Shown: positions 21,101 to 28,895 of the stretch, in pieces
How the letters are laid out: the number at the start of each line of letters is the position of its first letter
Position numbering within the stretch: the first letter of the stretch is position 1
Source: Elusimicrobiota bacterium
GTDB lineage: Bacteria; Elusimicrobiota; Elusimicrobia; UBA1565
DNA length: 44,953 nucleotides
Direction: 5' to 3'
Assembly (NCBI GenBank): GCA_043819795.1
Contig: JBDREN010000216.1
Coordinates: forward strand, 1-44,953
Made by a program: the position numbers and the translations under genes
Notes under the pieces: generated by a model
Database searches by the model: none
What the model saw: only the letters and a program-made list of their open reading frames with translations
Told to the model about the DNA's origin: nothing

Positions 21101-21602
21101 ACGGCAGGCGCAGCGCGCTCAGAAGCGACCGGGCGCCCGTCCGAAGCGAGCGACCGCGGCCCTCGGCGGCGGCCGCATGCCGGCGTCCCACGGCCGACGG
21201 CGCGTTCCCGAGGCCCATGGCCGCGGCGCGGCGGGACAAAGCGGGCGAGACGGGCAGCGCCAAGCCGGCCGCTCCCGCCACCGGGCCCGCGGCAGGGATC
21301 CGGGCGGCGGCCGGGAGAGCGGCCGGCGCGCCGGTCCGGACGGGGACCACCGGCGCGAGGCCGGGAGGGACCGCCGGCAGGACGGTGCTCAAGCCCGGAG
21401 CGCCCGAGCGGTTCAGAGGGGCCTGAAGGCCCGTGACGCCGCCGGACACCGGAAAGATGGAGACGGAAACGGGACTCGCGGAGGTCGGGACCGCGTTCGC
21501 GCCGGGCTGCGCCCCGAGAGAAGCTACGAGTGCCCAGGCCCGCGGACCGGGGGACAAGACAAGAAGCGAAGCCGATATCAGGATAGCTAGTGACTTCTTC
21601 AT
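15135..21602 (-). CDS. 2155-aa exported protein with two S8 subtilase domains, HEAT repeats and an HExxH motif
   Basis: Triad 1: IDTG/HGSH/GTSMS with AGNSG. Triad 2: IDEG/HGSH/GTSMAAP with AGNSG. HEAT repeats between them (DDVWLVRMYAAFAL, DSDGRVRQTAFLAI); KHELMH upstream; signal peptide. Confidence 0.88.
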   Translation of the reverse strand: MKKSLAILISASLLVLSPGPRAWALVASLGAQPGANAVPTSASPVSVSIFPVSGGVTGLQAPLNRSGAPGLSTVLPAVPPGLAPVVPVRTGAPAALPAAARIPAAGPVAGAAGLALPVSPALSRRAAAMGLGNAPSAVGRRHAAAAEGRGRSLRTGARSLLSALRLPSLLRHGMPRGAEAARTTAEEDFLLHTGAAAKASDSEGPVAGFRGRAGAGPATLGAPRHARGAAETGTANAVRGDRRGEAARGTQVRSGNRRIARRMGRVAGRPAGRLVLHVPDAASTVLQIRPADGSRVSPAASEGTIRKAQERNGAAAFINGREEQGNTHNDTALINGRGEERTSDLAVRREYRSAYFPAGLAALSALTFGLLTAVPAAVSGILQNPAVSATGISAAMPAFGIVETVFGAAATAAAASALLLAAYALWEMALFAVAVARGRYVPDEEFQRLAKGELLRWGLHPSVAASLLGTGPGRGIMRVYRPQNRFAHFAFAFTAGGIVYVRPEIVRHPWLFRWVIKHELMHYQAQGTRAPPRRPSGLLRRLARHVLGELQGRLGEFRPISSLSSLRIPILDRVLQEARVSLRLPTSFDALIIHPGNHEVRNPSTYAELSRGRARVVKLHTRGGAKSGYRAADDALIGDENKDAASVHASPDSVPASEGVNQYLAREANEGRFRMIVYPRSFGAVPNEGSREARRLQVALRQIDSVQLLMQRRGLMGKAGFAEGSAEARQLDRLSRRILGVAAGNRRGATQQDHLLEDLMYQLARGRLQGLQPTETFENLYRSLRNSGTVLLPFAPGESGMDTVERVLRYWRAKDGGRFEVSRVDLPEGGHVVVAGKMEPRAEIWLHPKNGRRIERTATRAFNESAQVQEYYLRDAGYDDEDIKRLRQAGVEVRHVFGAEDGNRIFASVHRRYAKALQRYGGQAGFRLQPSRGGYQWHLVQSGSLQNVPQTWKLRIRGEGGRIYDIDTGLDTSHPDFADRLMESVDFVDQGPEDWIGHGSHKAGISYANGSVYKGMAPRAMGRMGKVFAQFGASDGDIMAAAVDALEWGADVISLSLGSPGTVDSELAEFISNLTRRRNSRGHFPIVTASAGNSGPFNRTRSQPAVGKFVDLVGSATKSLDDGEPEMSFFSSVGPTVDRRFSKRRYRMPLGLTALGGDVTTPPDFERMPPERRDVYEHGIESVKSKDKQPSPADAPDGKHTRMSGTSMSNPMIAGIALLVKQAALRVLKTGTAAHRFFFENVPFAVNLILMRSAKDMRVPIHFQEGGFVDALAAVKLAARSFGGEFLSRPRRAGRAVLRALGFARAPRASTRAGFSDKAPWDWISRAKAVWELEDRVYRESEAAKEEAIRGLRERAGPVGNPDAPIESPHADAVSKGEVTDAANRALDKRFNELRAEVMPQLYKALQDDVWLVRMYAAFALMNLRAPEAVLSLAEAALGDSDGRVRQTAFLAIAETPSYAADEALRQAVLDSRPDVGIYAAYALARHGDLSGLSRIVAETKSADKRIRFTAVWLLGQLGRRAPPEAADALAGRVIDAVERGNIKHLSVASLTEMASMRPQSLTNETILNLLASAGPQNFVLTGTIFKFFQPAVRSEEVRLRMREKPLRDDILLFIHRHKAALSRPGALSDLVRLLADALEVSLDQPTPPPSPAGLGVPGVDPNRGGVHLIVELPQESEGGPAIQSFQDFRGVRGGQDALAKAAGSFGLEMKTLQRYQAALQVAMPASRSLWINVPDAEVMAFTTEMEARGYRVHRAAPMYKLLHETGPLTGMPEARESRGLTGKGVLVAYIDEGGDTEHPAFDNKRIKHKRNFSGDGGVGEVRKESDSHGSHGMGIVGAQSVEGSPYVGMAPGVDFAVIKVLGETGGSEATVMAGMEYAASLVKDPLKTPLLLNLSLGGPGSPDSPIGRLVNRLRLSNIGVIVAAGNSGPMEGTVSSPANAALATAVGAVDKRKQLADYSSRGRRGERGVRRVNFGGGIFFNRPNIYEIVSTLSTFLAKKGGGSPNAVEWKGKPLYHAMSGTSMAAPHETGEQAVQIERMMQVMDKKLGRLPDGYLFWIENLLDATAERLEGYGDHEIGAGLTDGKKALAALDEALLDPDKVIEEAAELKRRAEEEIARASRPEKPSRGFGWLRRLSFIPRLSAGFVIATLTLLL

Positions 21603-22756
21603 CGGATGAAGATCAGCTGCGGCGCATCCTCCCGGTTCTTTTTCTCAGCGGCCTTTCGCCTGCCCCGCGAACGCCGCCGATTCTCGCGGACGAAGCCGCG
21701 CTGCGAGCGCATCGCCAGAGAGGAGGGCTCCGTATCCTCCGACGCCTGCGGCCGCACCGCCGGACCCGCCGCCGCGGCCACGTCCTTCGGGCGGTTCCGG
21801 CCGTAGCGGACGATGCTGCTCTTGGCGCCGAGGCGGAACGGCGCGGCGAAGCCGGTCGAGACGATGAACGTGCGGCCCGCCTGCGGGCCGAGCGCCTTGA
21901 CCTCGCCGTTGACGAAGAAATTGAAGAGGAATCCGTCACGCTGGAAGCCCATGAGAACGCGCGCCTGATCCGGCGCGGGCCGGCTGGACGCCTCGCCGAC
22001 CGAAGGCTGGATGAGCGTGGTCTTCCAGCGGGCCTCCAGGCGGCCGTTCACCGAGCCCAGCATCCGGTTGTAGCCCGCCCCGAAGAACGGAGTCCACCTG
22101 CCGTAGGCCTGGCTCGCGACGACGTTCAGGCCGACGCTCCTCACGTCCCACTCCAGCTGTCCGGTGTTCGTGGCGTCGGCCACGAACCCGGGCGTGATCT
22201 CGACCGCCTTGTACTCGTTGACGTAGTTGAAGTACCCGAAAGTATGGTTGTAGGCGGCCGTCAGGCTGAGCAAGGGAGCCCGCCCGCCCCCGAAGTGCTT
22301 GCGCAGCCCAAAGCCCACTGTGTTGCTCTGCCCGTTGCCGACGGTCGACTCCGAGAGGCGGTAGTTCTTCGGGGTCGTCATGTTCGCCACCCGGACGCCC
22401 AGGTCCATGCGCCCAGGCAGCCCCAGACGGACGTGCAGTGTGAGGTTCGGGAACAGCATCTTGTCCGGCAGCATGCCGGCCGGGTCGTTTTCGGCCAGAG
22501 ACTGGACTCGAATCTCCGGAAAAGCTCCTTTGTCGAACGGCAGGTGCCCCGCGCCCAGACTGACGTCCGGCTGCATCCTCCAGGGCTTCATCTCGTTGGG
22601 AGGATCGAAAGTGGAGCCGCCGTTGAAGCCGAGGCCGTCGGCGGTCTGCTGGGTGAGCCATCCCATGATGTTGGCGAAATCGTCGGCGAGCCGCGGGCTT
22701 TGGCAGAAGCCGACGGTCGGCGTCAACAGCAGGACGGCAAGGACCGCTTCTCTCAA
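21599..22756 (-). CDS. Exported probable outer-membrane beta-barrel protein (DUF6588-like)
   Basis: Signal peptide from TTG 22756 (MREAVLAVLLLTPTVGFC), alternating beta-strand pattern (PNLTLHVRLGLP, GFGLRKHF, TPFFGAGYN); ATGA overlap with the subtilase gene. Family call is from memory; the track start is 22795. Confidence 0.6.
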   Translation of the reverse strand: MREAVLAVLLLTPTVGFCQSPRLADDFANIMGWLTQQTADGLGFNGGSTFDPPNEMKPWRMQPDVSLGAGHLPFDKGAFPEIRVQSLAENDPAGMLPDKMLFPNLTLHVRLGLPGRMDLGVRVANMTTPKNYRLSESTVGNGQSNTVGFGLRKHFGGGRAPLLSLTAAYNHTFGYFNYVNEYKAVEITPGFVADATNTGQLEWDVRSVGLNVVASQAYGRWTPFFGAGYNRMLGSVNGRLEARWKTTLIQPSVGEASSRPAPDQARVLMGFQRDGFLFNFFVNGEVKALGPQAGRTFIVSTGFAAPFRLGAKSSIVRYGRNRPKDVAAAAGPAVRPQASEDTEPSSLAMRSQRGFVRENRRRSRGRRKAAEKKNREDAPQLIFIR

Positions 22757-22917
22757 TGCCTTATGCCTCTCGAAGCGCAGGAGTCGGTGAGCCACCGGTA
22801 CGTCTGCCGTTCGGATTCGAAGCTGAGCTGGATGCGCCGGCGGGAGGAGGCCTCCTCGGAACGCGGAGGAATCCTGTAACGGGCGGCGAATATGCCGTGG
22901 CGGCCGTGCTTCCTCAT
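22753..22917 (-). CDS. Putative 54-aa leader ORF (not in ORF track)
   Basis: AGGGGG SD then ATG 22917, MRKHGRHGIFAARYRIPPRSEEASSRRRIQLSFESERQTYRWLTDSCASRGIRH; its TGA overlaps the downstream TTG start (TTGA). Confidence 0.45.
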   Translation of the reverse strand: MRKHGRHGIFAARYRIPPRSEEASSRRRIQLSFESERQTYRWLTDSCASRGIRH

Positions 22918-22959
22918 GTTTCCCCCTGGTACGACGACGTTTGTCCGTCCTATGCCTTC

Positions 22960-23050
22960 ATTTTAGGCCGAAACCGTGCCGGGGGCATGAGCCGGAGGTC
23001 CCAGCGCCCTATAGGAAAAGGGCCTACACACGTGTAGGCCCAAAAAGCGG
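22960..23050 (-). promoter_or_regulatory. Promoter of the barrel-subtilase operon: TAAAAT -10 plus TRGGNC-N4-GNCCYA boxes
   Basis: TAAAAT at 22965-22960. Boxes (plus strand) TGAGCC-GGAG-GTCCCA 22988-23003, ..GGCCTA 23011-23026, TAGGCC.. 23035-23050; same offsets as at 7893-7983. Confidence 0.6.
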
Positions 23051-23128
23051 AGGTTGATTGACCGGTCGGACACGAAACTTATCGGCCCCCGCGCCCCCTG
23101 ATCAGGGCCGATTTCACCCCAATTGAGT

Positions 23129-23158
23129 AGGCCCGCCCCGGGAAGCCGGGGCGGGCCT
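23129..23158 (-). terminator. Hairpin after the NarL-family regulator gene
   Basis: 13-bp perfect stem AGGCCCGCCCCGG/CCGGGGCGGGCCT with a 4-nt loop; the U-tract is weak. Confidence 0.55.
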
Positions 23159-23176
23159 TGCTCGGGGCCGGAAGCG

Positions 23177-23851
23177 TCAGCCAGGGTCTTCCGAGGAGAT
23201 GAGGCCGATCTCGATGCCCTTCACCACGGCCTCGGTCCGGTTGCTCACGTCGAGCTTCTGGAAAATGCTGTTGAGGTGATTCTTGATCGTCTTGACGCTG
23301 CAGCCGAGCCCGGCGGCGATCTCCTTGTTCGACTGGCCCCGGCCCAGCAGCGCCAGCACCCGGATCTCGCTCTTGGTGAGGGCGACCAGCGTCGCCTCCG
23401 CCGTCGTGCTCGACATCTGGCGCAGGCCCTGGATCAGCTTGCCCATCACGGGCTGCGGGATCATGACGCCCTCGTTGGCGAACGTCTTGAGGGCGTTGAC
23501 GAGCTCGGAGGCCGGCAGCATCTTGGAGAGGTAGCCGTTGGCCCCCGCCTGGATGGACTCCATCACGTGCGCCTCGTCCTCGAACGACGAGAGGATGATG
23601 ACGTTGGTGTCGGGGCATTCCTTGCGGACCTGCCGCGTGGCCGTGACCCCGTCCATATGCGGGAGCTTGATGTCCATGAGGACCACGTTCGGCTTGAGCT
23701 TCTTGGCGAGACGCACGGCCTCATGGCCGTCGGCCGCCTCGCCGACGACGGAGATGCCGCGCTCGCTGTCGAGAAGGTCCTTGATGCCCTCCCGGAACAG
23801 GGTCTGGTCATCCGCGATCAAGACGGTCAGCTTCTTCTTCGATGATGCCAT
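23177..23851 (-). CDS. NarL/LuxR-family response regulator
   Basis: Receiver (IADDQ, LMDIKLP) plus LuxR HTH LTKSEIRVL..GQSNKEIA..SVKTIKNHLNSIFQKL; AGGAGG SD. Confidence 0.95.
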   Translation of the reverse strand: MASSKKKLTVLIADDQTLFREGIKDLLDSERGISVVGEAADGHEAVRLAKKLKPNVVLMDIKLPHMDGVTATRQVRKECPDTNVIILSSFEDEAHVMESIQAGANGYLSKMLPASELVNALKTFANEGVMIPQPVMGKLIQGLRQMSSTTAEATLVALTKSEIRVLALLGRGQSNKEIAAGLGCSVKTIKNHLNSIFQKLDVSNRTEAVVKGIEIGLISSEDPG

Positions 23852-23910
23852 CAGTCCTCCTGAAAATCGCCGCGAAAAATCACTCTACAAAAAAACCCGC
23901 CGGCTTTCCA

Positions 23911-25044
23911 CTACTTCCTGGACGCCTTCGCCGCCTCGACGGGCACCGTGAAATAGAACGTGGCTCCCTTGCCGCGGCCCTCGGACTCCACCCAGATCGT
24001 GCCGCCGTGGCTGTGGACGATCTCCTTCGCGATGGACAGCCCCAGCCCCAGCCGGCCCTGCTGCCCCCCCACCCCGGTCGACTGGTAGAAGCTCTCGAAG
24101 ATCTTCTTGATCTCCCCGGGCTCGATCCCCTCGCCCGTGTCCTTCACTGCGAACTGGATCGTGCCGTCGACGCCCTCCGCCCGGATCGTCACCGCCCCCC
24201 CCTTCGAGGTGTGCCGGAGGGCGTTCTCGAGCAGGTTGCCCAGGACCTGGGCCAAGCGCTTCTTGTCGGCCATGATCTTCGGCAGCCCGCGCGCCACCGA
24301 GATCTTCAGGGTTATGCCGCGGTGGTCGGCCCGGACCCTGGCCCCCCCGATCGAGTCCTCGACGATTCTGGACGGAGCGTCCAGCGCCCTCTTCAGGCGG
24401 AACTTCCCCTTCTCGATGGAGGCCCAGTCCACGAGGTCCTCGATGAGGCGAGAGAGCTGCTCCAGCCCGTTCGAGATGTAGCTCATGCGCTTCTTCTGGT
24501 CCTCGTTCGGCTTCATACCCGTCATCAGCATCTCAAAAGAGACCTGCAGCATCATCAACGAATTCGACAGGTCGTGGGAGGCCATCGAGAGGAACTTCGA
24601 CTTCATGTTCGCGAGGTAGAGCATCTGCTCGTTAGCCTTGCGCAGGTCCTCGATGAGCCGCCGGTTCTCCTGGGCGAGCCTCATCTTGTCGATGGCCTTT
24701 CCGATCGTCCCCTTCAGCTTGTCGAAGTCGACCGGCTTGACCAGGAAGTCGTAGACGGATTCCTGGATGGCCTTCAACGCCGTGTCGAGCGAGGCGTGGG
24801 CCGTGAGCATGAGGATCTCGCTGTCGTTGTTCACGCTGCGGATATCGCGGATGACCTCGATGCCCGTCTTGTCGGGGAGGTTGAAATCCATGAGGATGAG
24901 GTCGAAGAAACCGGTGACGACCTCCTTCATGGCCGCTTCTCCGGTGCCCGCCTCGACGACCTCGTAGCCCTCCAGCTCGAGGTTGTCGCGGATGCTCTCA
25001 CGCAGGTTCGCGTCGTCGTCGACGACCAGTATCCGAGCGCTCAT
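23911..25044 (-). CDS. Cytoplasmic hybrid receiver-histidine kinase
   Basis: N-terminal receiver (VVDDD, LMDFNLPD, VKP), H-box SHDLSN, N-box NLLENALRH, DTGEGI, GLGLGL. Confidence 0.93.
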   Translation of the reverse strand: MSARILVVDDDANLRESIRDNLELEGYEVVEAGTGEAAMKEVVTGFFDLILMDFNLPDKTGIEVIRDIRSVNNDSEILMLTAHASLDTALKAIQESVYDFLVKPVDFDKLKGTIGKAIDKMRLAQENRRLIEDLRKANEQMLYLANMKSKFLSMASHDLSNSLMMLQVSFEMLMTGMKPNEDQKKRMSYISNGLEQLSRLIEDLVDWASIEKGKFRLKRALDAPSRIVEDSIGGARVRADHRGITLKISVARGLPKIMADKKRLAQVLGNLLENALRHTSKGGAVTIRAEGVDGTIQFAVKDTGEGIEPGEIKKIFESFYQSTGVGGQQGRLGLGLSIAKEIVHSHGGTIWVESEGRGKGATFYFTVPVEAAKASRK

Positions 25045-25059
25045 TCCATCACCAATCCT

Positions 25060-27112
25060 TTATGCATTGCCGACGCCGGGCCCGGCGCCCTTCGGGGGCT
25101 GGGCGGGCTGCGGGGCGACGACGTACCGTACGGCCGTGCGCGGCGGCGCCTCGGTATCGGCCCGCCCCGGCGGCCGCAAGGCCGGCGGCTGGCCGACGAT
25201 CGGCTTCGCCGCGGCGCCCCGCTGGACCGGCGGCACCTTCGTCGCCAGGGGAAGATAGATCTTGAAGGTCGTCCCCGCGCCCGGCGCCGTCTCGACGTCC
25301 ACCCTTCCGTTGTGCCGGTCCACCACCTTGCGCACGACGGCGAGCCCCAGGCCGGTGCCGCGGGCCTTAGTAGTGAAGAACGGCGTGAAAATCTTCTCCA
25401 GCACGTCATGGGGGATCCCCGGCCCGGCGTCCCCGATGTCGAGGCGCACCCAGCCCTGCTCCACGATCTCCGTCGCGACTCGCGTGACGCCCCCCCTTCG
25501 GCATGACCTCGATCCCGTTGCCGATGAGGTTCCGGATCGCCTGGCGCATCTCGGTGGGATCGATGCTCACAATCGGGTCGGCCGGATCGAAGTTCTTGAC
25601 GATCTCGATGTGCGACGGGAACGGATAGACCGAAAGCAGCTCGTCGATGAAGTGGTTGATCGCCAGCACCTCGGGCTTCATCTCCCGCGTCCGCGAGTAC
25701 GTGAGGATCTCGTCGATGATCCCGTTGGCCTGCTTGACCTCGGACTGGATGATCGAGATGTGCCGCTCGATCTTCGCGTCGAGCGGCGCCTGCTTGCCAA
25801 GCTTGGTCTTGATGAAGAAGATGGAGTTGTTGATGACCGCCAGCGGGTTCCGGATCTCGTGGCCGACGACCGACGCCATCTGGCCGATGGCCGCGAGCCG
25901 CTCCTTCTTGATCAGCTCGTCCTGCGCGGCCTTCAGCTCCCGGGTCCGCGCGTCGACGCGCCGCTTGAGGTCCACCCCGTACTTGGTGAGCTCGTCCTTC
26001 GCGTGGAGCAGCTCCCCCGTTTTCTCCTTAAGGGAGTCGCTCATCTGCGTGAACGACTGGCCCAGCTCTCCGATCTCGTCGTTGGTGAACGTCATCTCCG
26101 GCATGTCCTCGAACTGGCCCGCCCTCAGGCGGTCGACCGCCCGCTGCAGGGCCCGGATCGGCTGGGTTATGTGGCCGGCCACGGCGAACGACAGCACCAT
26201 CGTGATCAGCACGACGAACACGAACACCTTCACGATCTGCCTTCGCATCTCCGTGGCGGCGAGATAGGCCGCCTCCACCGGCTTCTGCACGTAGACGATC
26301 CAGCCGGTATCCTTGACCTCGGCGTACGCCCCCAGGACGCTCGTCCCGTCCTTGAGCGAGATCTTCCCGCCGCCCTTCTGCTTGGTCTGGGTCATGATGA
26401 CCTTGCGGATCTCGTCGGGCAGGTTCGCGTTCCTCTTGAACACCTCGTTCGGGTTCGAGTGCGCCACCAAGAAGCTGTCGCGGGGGTCCCCGCCGGCCAC
26501 GACGGCCGCCTGGCTGCGCCCCTCCTCCGGGAACTGCTGATGGAGCATCTGCGAGAGCCCGTTGAGGCTGATCTTGCCGAGCAGCAGGCCCCGCTTGGAG
26601 GACTCCTGAATGACCGGCACGGCCAAGGTCAGAGTCGGATAGAGGCCCTGGAAGCGCTGCAGCCCCCCGACGTACTCCCCCCGCTGCATGGCGACCTGGA
26701 AAGACGTCTCGTCGTGGAAGTTGCGCATCTCGGGGGTCGCGCCCAGGAAGCGGCCCATGCGCACCTTCTCAACCCCCCCCAGGTCCAAGACCGAAAGCTC
26801 GAAGAAAGCCGGGTGCTGCTGCATCACCCGGTTGAGATGCCGCTCCTGCCTCACCGGGTCCATCGAAGCGAAGCCGTCGAGCCGGGAGGCGACATGGAGG
26901 ACGGTCTTGAAGGTGTCGATGTAGTTGTGGACGGTCTCCGCGAAGCCGACGGCCATCGACTCCTGGCTGCGCAGCGACTGCTCTTTGAGCACCGCCTGGG
27001 AGATATCGACGAGGTACCATCCGACCACTCCCATGGGCGCCAGGGAGATCAGCAGGAACCAGAACAGGAACTTATAACGGAGTTTCCCCCGCCTGGGCTC
27101 GGTATAAGGCAT
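25060..27112 (-). pseudogene. Membrane sensor histidine kinase (Cache-HAMP-HisKA-HATPase) interrupted by a frameshift at a G7 tract
   Basis: ORF 25406..27112 has TM-Cache-TM-HAMP, GHEIRNPL and NLIGNGIE. The G1/F/G2 boxes (DAGPGI, FTPFFTTK, GTGLGL) are in ORF 25060..25464. Removing one G at 25490-25496 joins them (683 aa); may be a sequencing error. Confidence 0.88.
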
Positions 27113-27127
27113 GACCGGCGGCGCCGA

Positions 27128-27517
27128 TCATCCGGCGCGGCTCCTCGACAGCAGCTGCCTGATGCGCACGGACAACTCCTGCAGATCGAACGGCTTGGTC
27201 AGATACTCGTCGGCGCCGAGCTGGAAGCCCTGCGTCTTCTCCTCCGCGGAGAGGAATCGGCCCGTCATCATGATCAGGATCGTTTCCCGCGACTGCCTGC
27301 GCAACTCCTGGCAGATCTGGAAACCGCTCGAGTCCGGGAGCTGGATATCCATGATGACGACCTTGGGGCGGTTCTTTGTCGCCGCGGCGATGCCCTCCTT
27401 CGCCGTGCCGGCCTGGAGGCAATCGAAGCCTTCGAGCTCGAGGACCTCGGCGAGGCTCTCGCGCAGATGGGCGTCGTCGTCGATGATCAGGAGTTTGATG
27501 CCTTCGTTTTCAGCCAT
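27128..27517 (-). CDS. Single-domain response regulator (receiver)
   Basis: IIDDD, IMDIQLPD, GADEYLTKPF; GGAGG SD. Confidence 0.92.
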   Translation of the reverse strand: MAENEGIKLLIIDDDAHLRESLAEVLELEGFDCLQAGTAKEGIAAATKNRPKVVIMDIQLPDSSGFQICQELRRQSRETILIMMTGRFLSAEEKTQGFQLGADEYLTKPFDLQELSVRIRQLLSRSRAG

Positions 27518-27535
27518 AAATCTTTCCTCCGGAGG

Positions 27536-28351
27536 CTATCCGCCGGAACCCGGCGGGATCAGCTTGTATCCGACGCAGGGCACGGTCGTGATGAAGCGCG
27601 CGGCCTTGCCCAACTTCTCCCGCAGGCGCCGGACGTGGACGTCGACGGTGCGGGGCGAGCCAAAATAGTTGTACCCCCAGACGCGTTCGATGAGATACGG
27701 CCGGCTGAGCACCCTGTTCGGGGAGCTCAGGAAGACGTACAGAAGGTCGAGCTCCTTCGAGGTCAGGGGCACGTTCTTGCCGTTGACGCGCAGCGTGTAG
27801 CTGGTGAGGTTCAGCTCCACGGATTTCATCTTCAGGATCTCCTGCTGCGGCTTGGACATCGTGCGGTGCAGGACGGCGCGGATGCGGGCCAGGCACTCGG
27901 CGGTGTCCTGGTCGAGCGTCAGGCACTCATCGGCCCCCGCCTGGAAGAACTGGAGGCGCAGATTCGATTTCTGGACGCTTCCCGAGAGCGCGGGCACGGG
28001 CGCCGACACCGGGGCCGTCCGGATGCGGCCCGAGGCCGTCCCGAAGCCGGCGGGCAGGCGCCGCACGCCCAGCTCGCCGACCGGAAGGGCGGGCTGATGG
28101 TCCAGCAAGGCGACGATGGCCAGGTGTCGCCCTGGTCCCCGCGAGCGCAGGGACTTGACGACCTGGAGCCCGTCGCCGTCGCCCAGGTACTGGCCGACGA
28201 TGAGGAGATCGCACCCGCGCTGGGTGAGCAGGCCGGTGAGCTCCTTCGTGCGCTGGACGACGGTGGTCATGAGCCCGTTGCGCGACAGCGCCTCGAGGAT
28301 GACCGACGCGCGGTTCGGCTCACGCATGGCACAGACGATATTGACCCTCAA
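27536..28351 (-). CDS. OmpR/PhoB-family winged-helix regulator with atypical (pseudo-)receiver
   Basis: C-terminal LTSKELDLL..VLSRPYLIERVWG..RTVDVHVRRLREKL..VGYK; the receiver lacks the canonical Asp and Lys. Confidence 0.88.
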   Translation of the reverse strand: MRVNIVCAMREPNRASVILEALSRNGLMTTVVQRTKELTGLLTQRGCDLLIVGQYLGDGDGLQVVKSLRSRGPGRHLAIVALLDHQPALPVGELGVRRLPAGFGTASGRIRTAPVSAPVPALSGSVQKSNLRLQFFQAGADECLTLDQDTAECLARIRAVLHRTMSKPQQEILKMKSVELNLTSYTLRVNGKNVPLTSKELDLLYVFLSSPNRVLSRPYLIERVWGYNYFGSPRTVDVHVRRLREKLGKAARFITTVPCVGYKLIPPGSGG

Positions 28352-28376
28352 TGTAGCACTCCTTGCCTAGAGTTCC

Positions 28377-28814
28377 TCAGCCCTCCGGGCGGGCGGCCTC
28401 CGCGCCCTCCTCTATGTCGAGATGGATGCCCCCCAGGTTGAGCGTGTTGGCGAAGAAGTTGTAGAGGGCCGACACCACGAGGACGAGCGCGTCCATCAAC
28501 ACCATGTACAGCAGACCGAAGAACAGCGTGGAGACGAGCTTCCACCCCCAGGCGAGGTCCGCCAGTTGCGGATTGGGCAGGATGATGAAGGTGATGAGTC
28601 CGCCCAGGAAGCCCAGCGCGCCGAGGACCGCCGAGATGGCCGGCCTGGTCGCGGCGAGGACTCCGCCGGCCAGGGCGATCCCCCCGATGATCGAGAGCGG
28701 AACGAAATCCTTCCAGTAGCCGAACAAGGCGAGGATCACGCCGATCACGGCCGCCCCGATAACCACGGGATGCGCGATCCAGAACGGGTCGACCCTGCGG
28801 ATGCGATAGCTCAT
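28377..28814 (-). CDS. Small membrane protein (DUF3566-like)
   Basis: Four hydrophobic helices; N-terminal RIRRVDP and C-terminal LYNFFA..GGIHLDIE resemble DUF3566; AGGAG SD. Confidence 0.6.
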   Translation of the reverse strand: MSYRIRRVDPFWIAHPVVIGAAVIGVILALFGYWKDFVPLSIIGGIALAGGVLAATRPAISAVLGALGFLGGLITFIILPNPQLADLAWGWKLVSTLFFGLLYMVLMDALVLVVSALYNFFANTLNLGGIHLDIEEGAEAARPEG

Positions 28815-28895
28815 TGAGTAGCTCCTAGATGGAAATCACTGCGCCCAGCATGAAAAGACTACCATTATTTAGCAATATTGAGGATGGGCCGCAAG

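Noticed and set aside
25262..28441. 1059-aa plus-strand ORF, and similar long ORFs at 16968-19916, 28878-31538, 34056-36710, 23842-25506 and 32164-33963
   Set aside because: Antisense shadows of well-supported minus-strand genes in high-GC DNA; no recognisable motifs.
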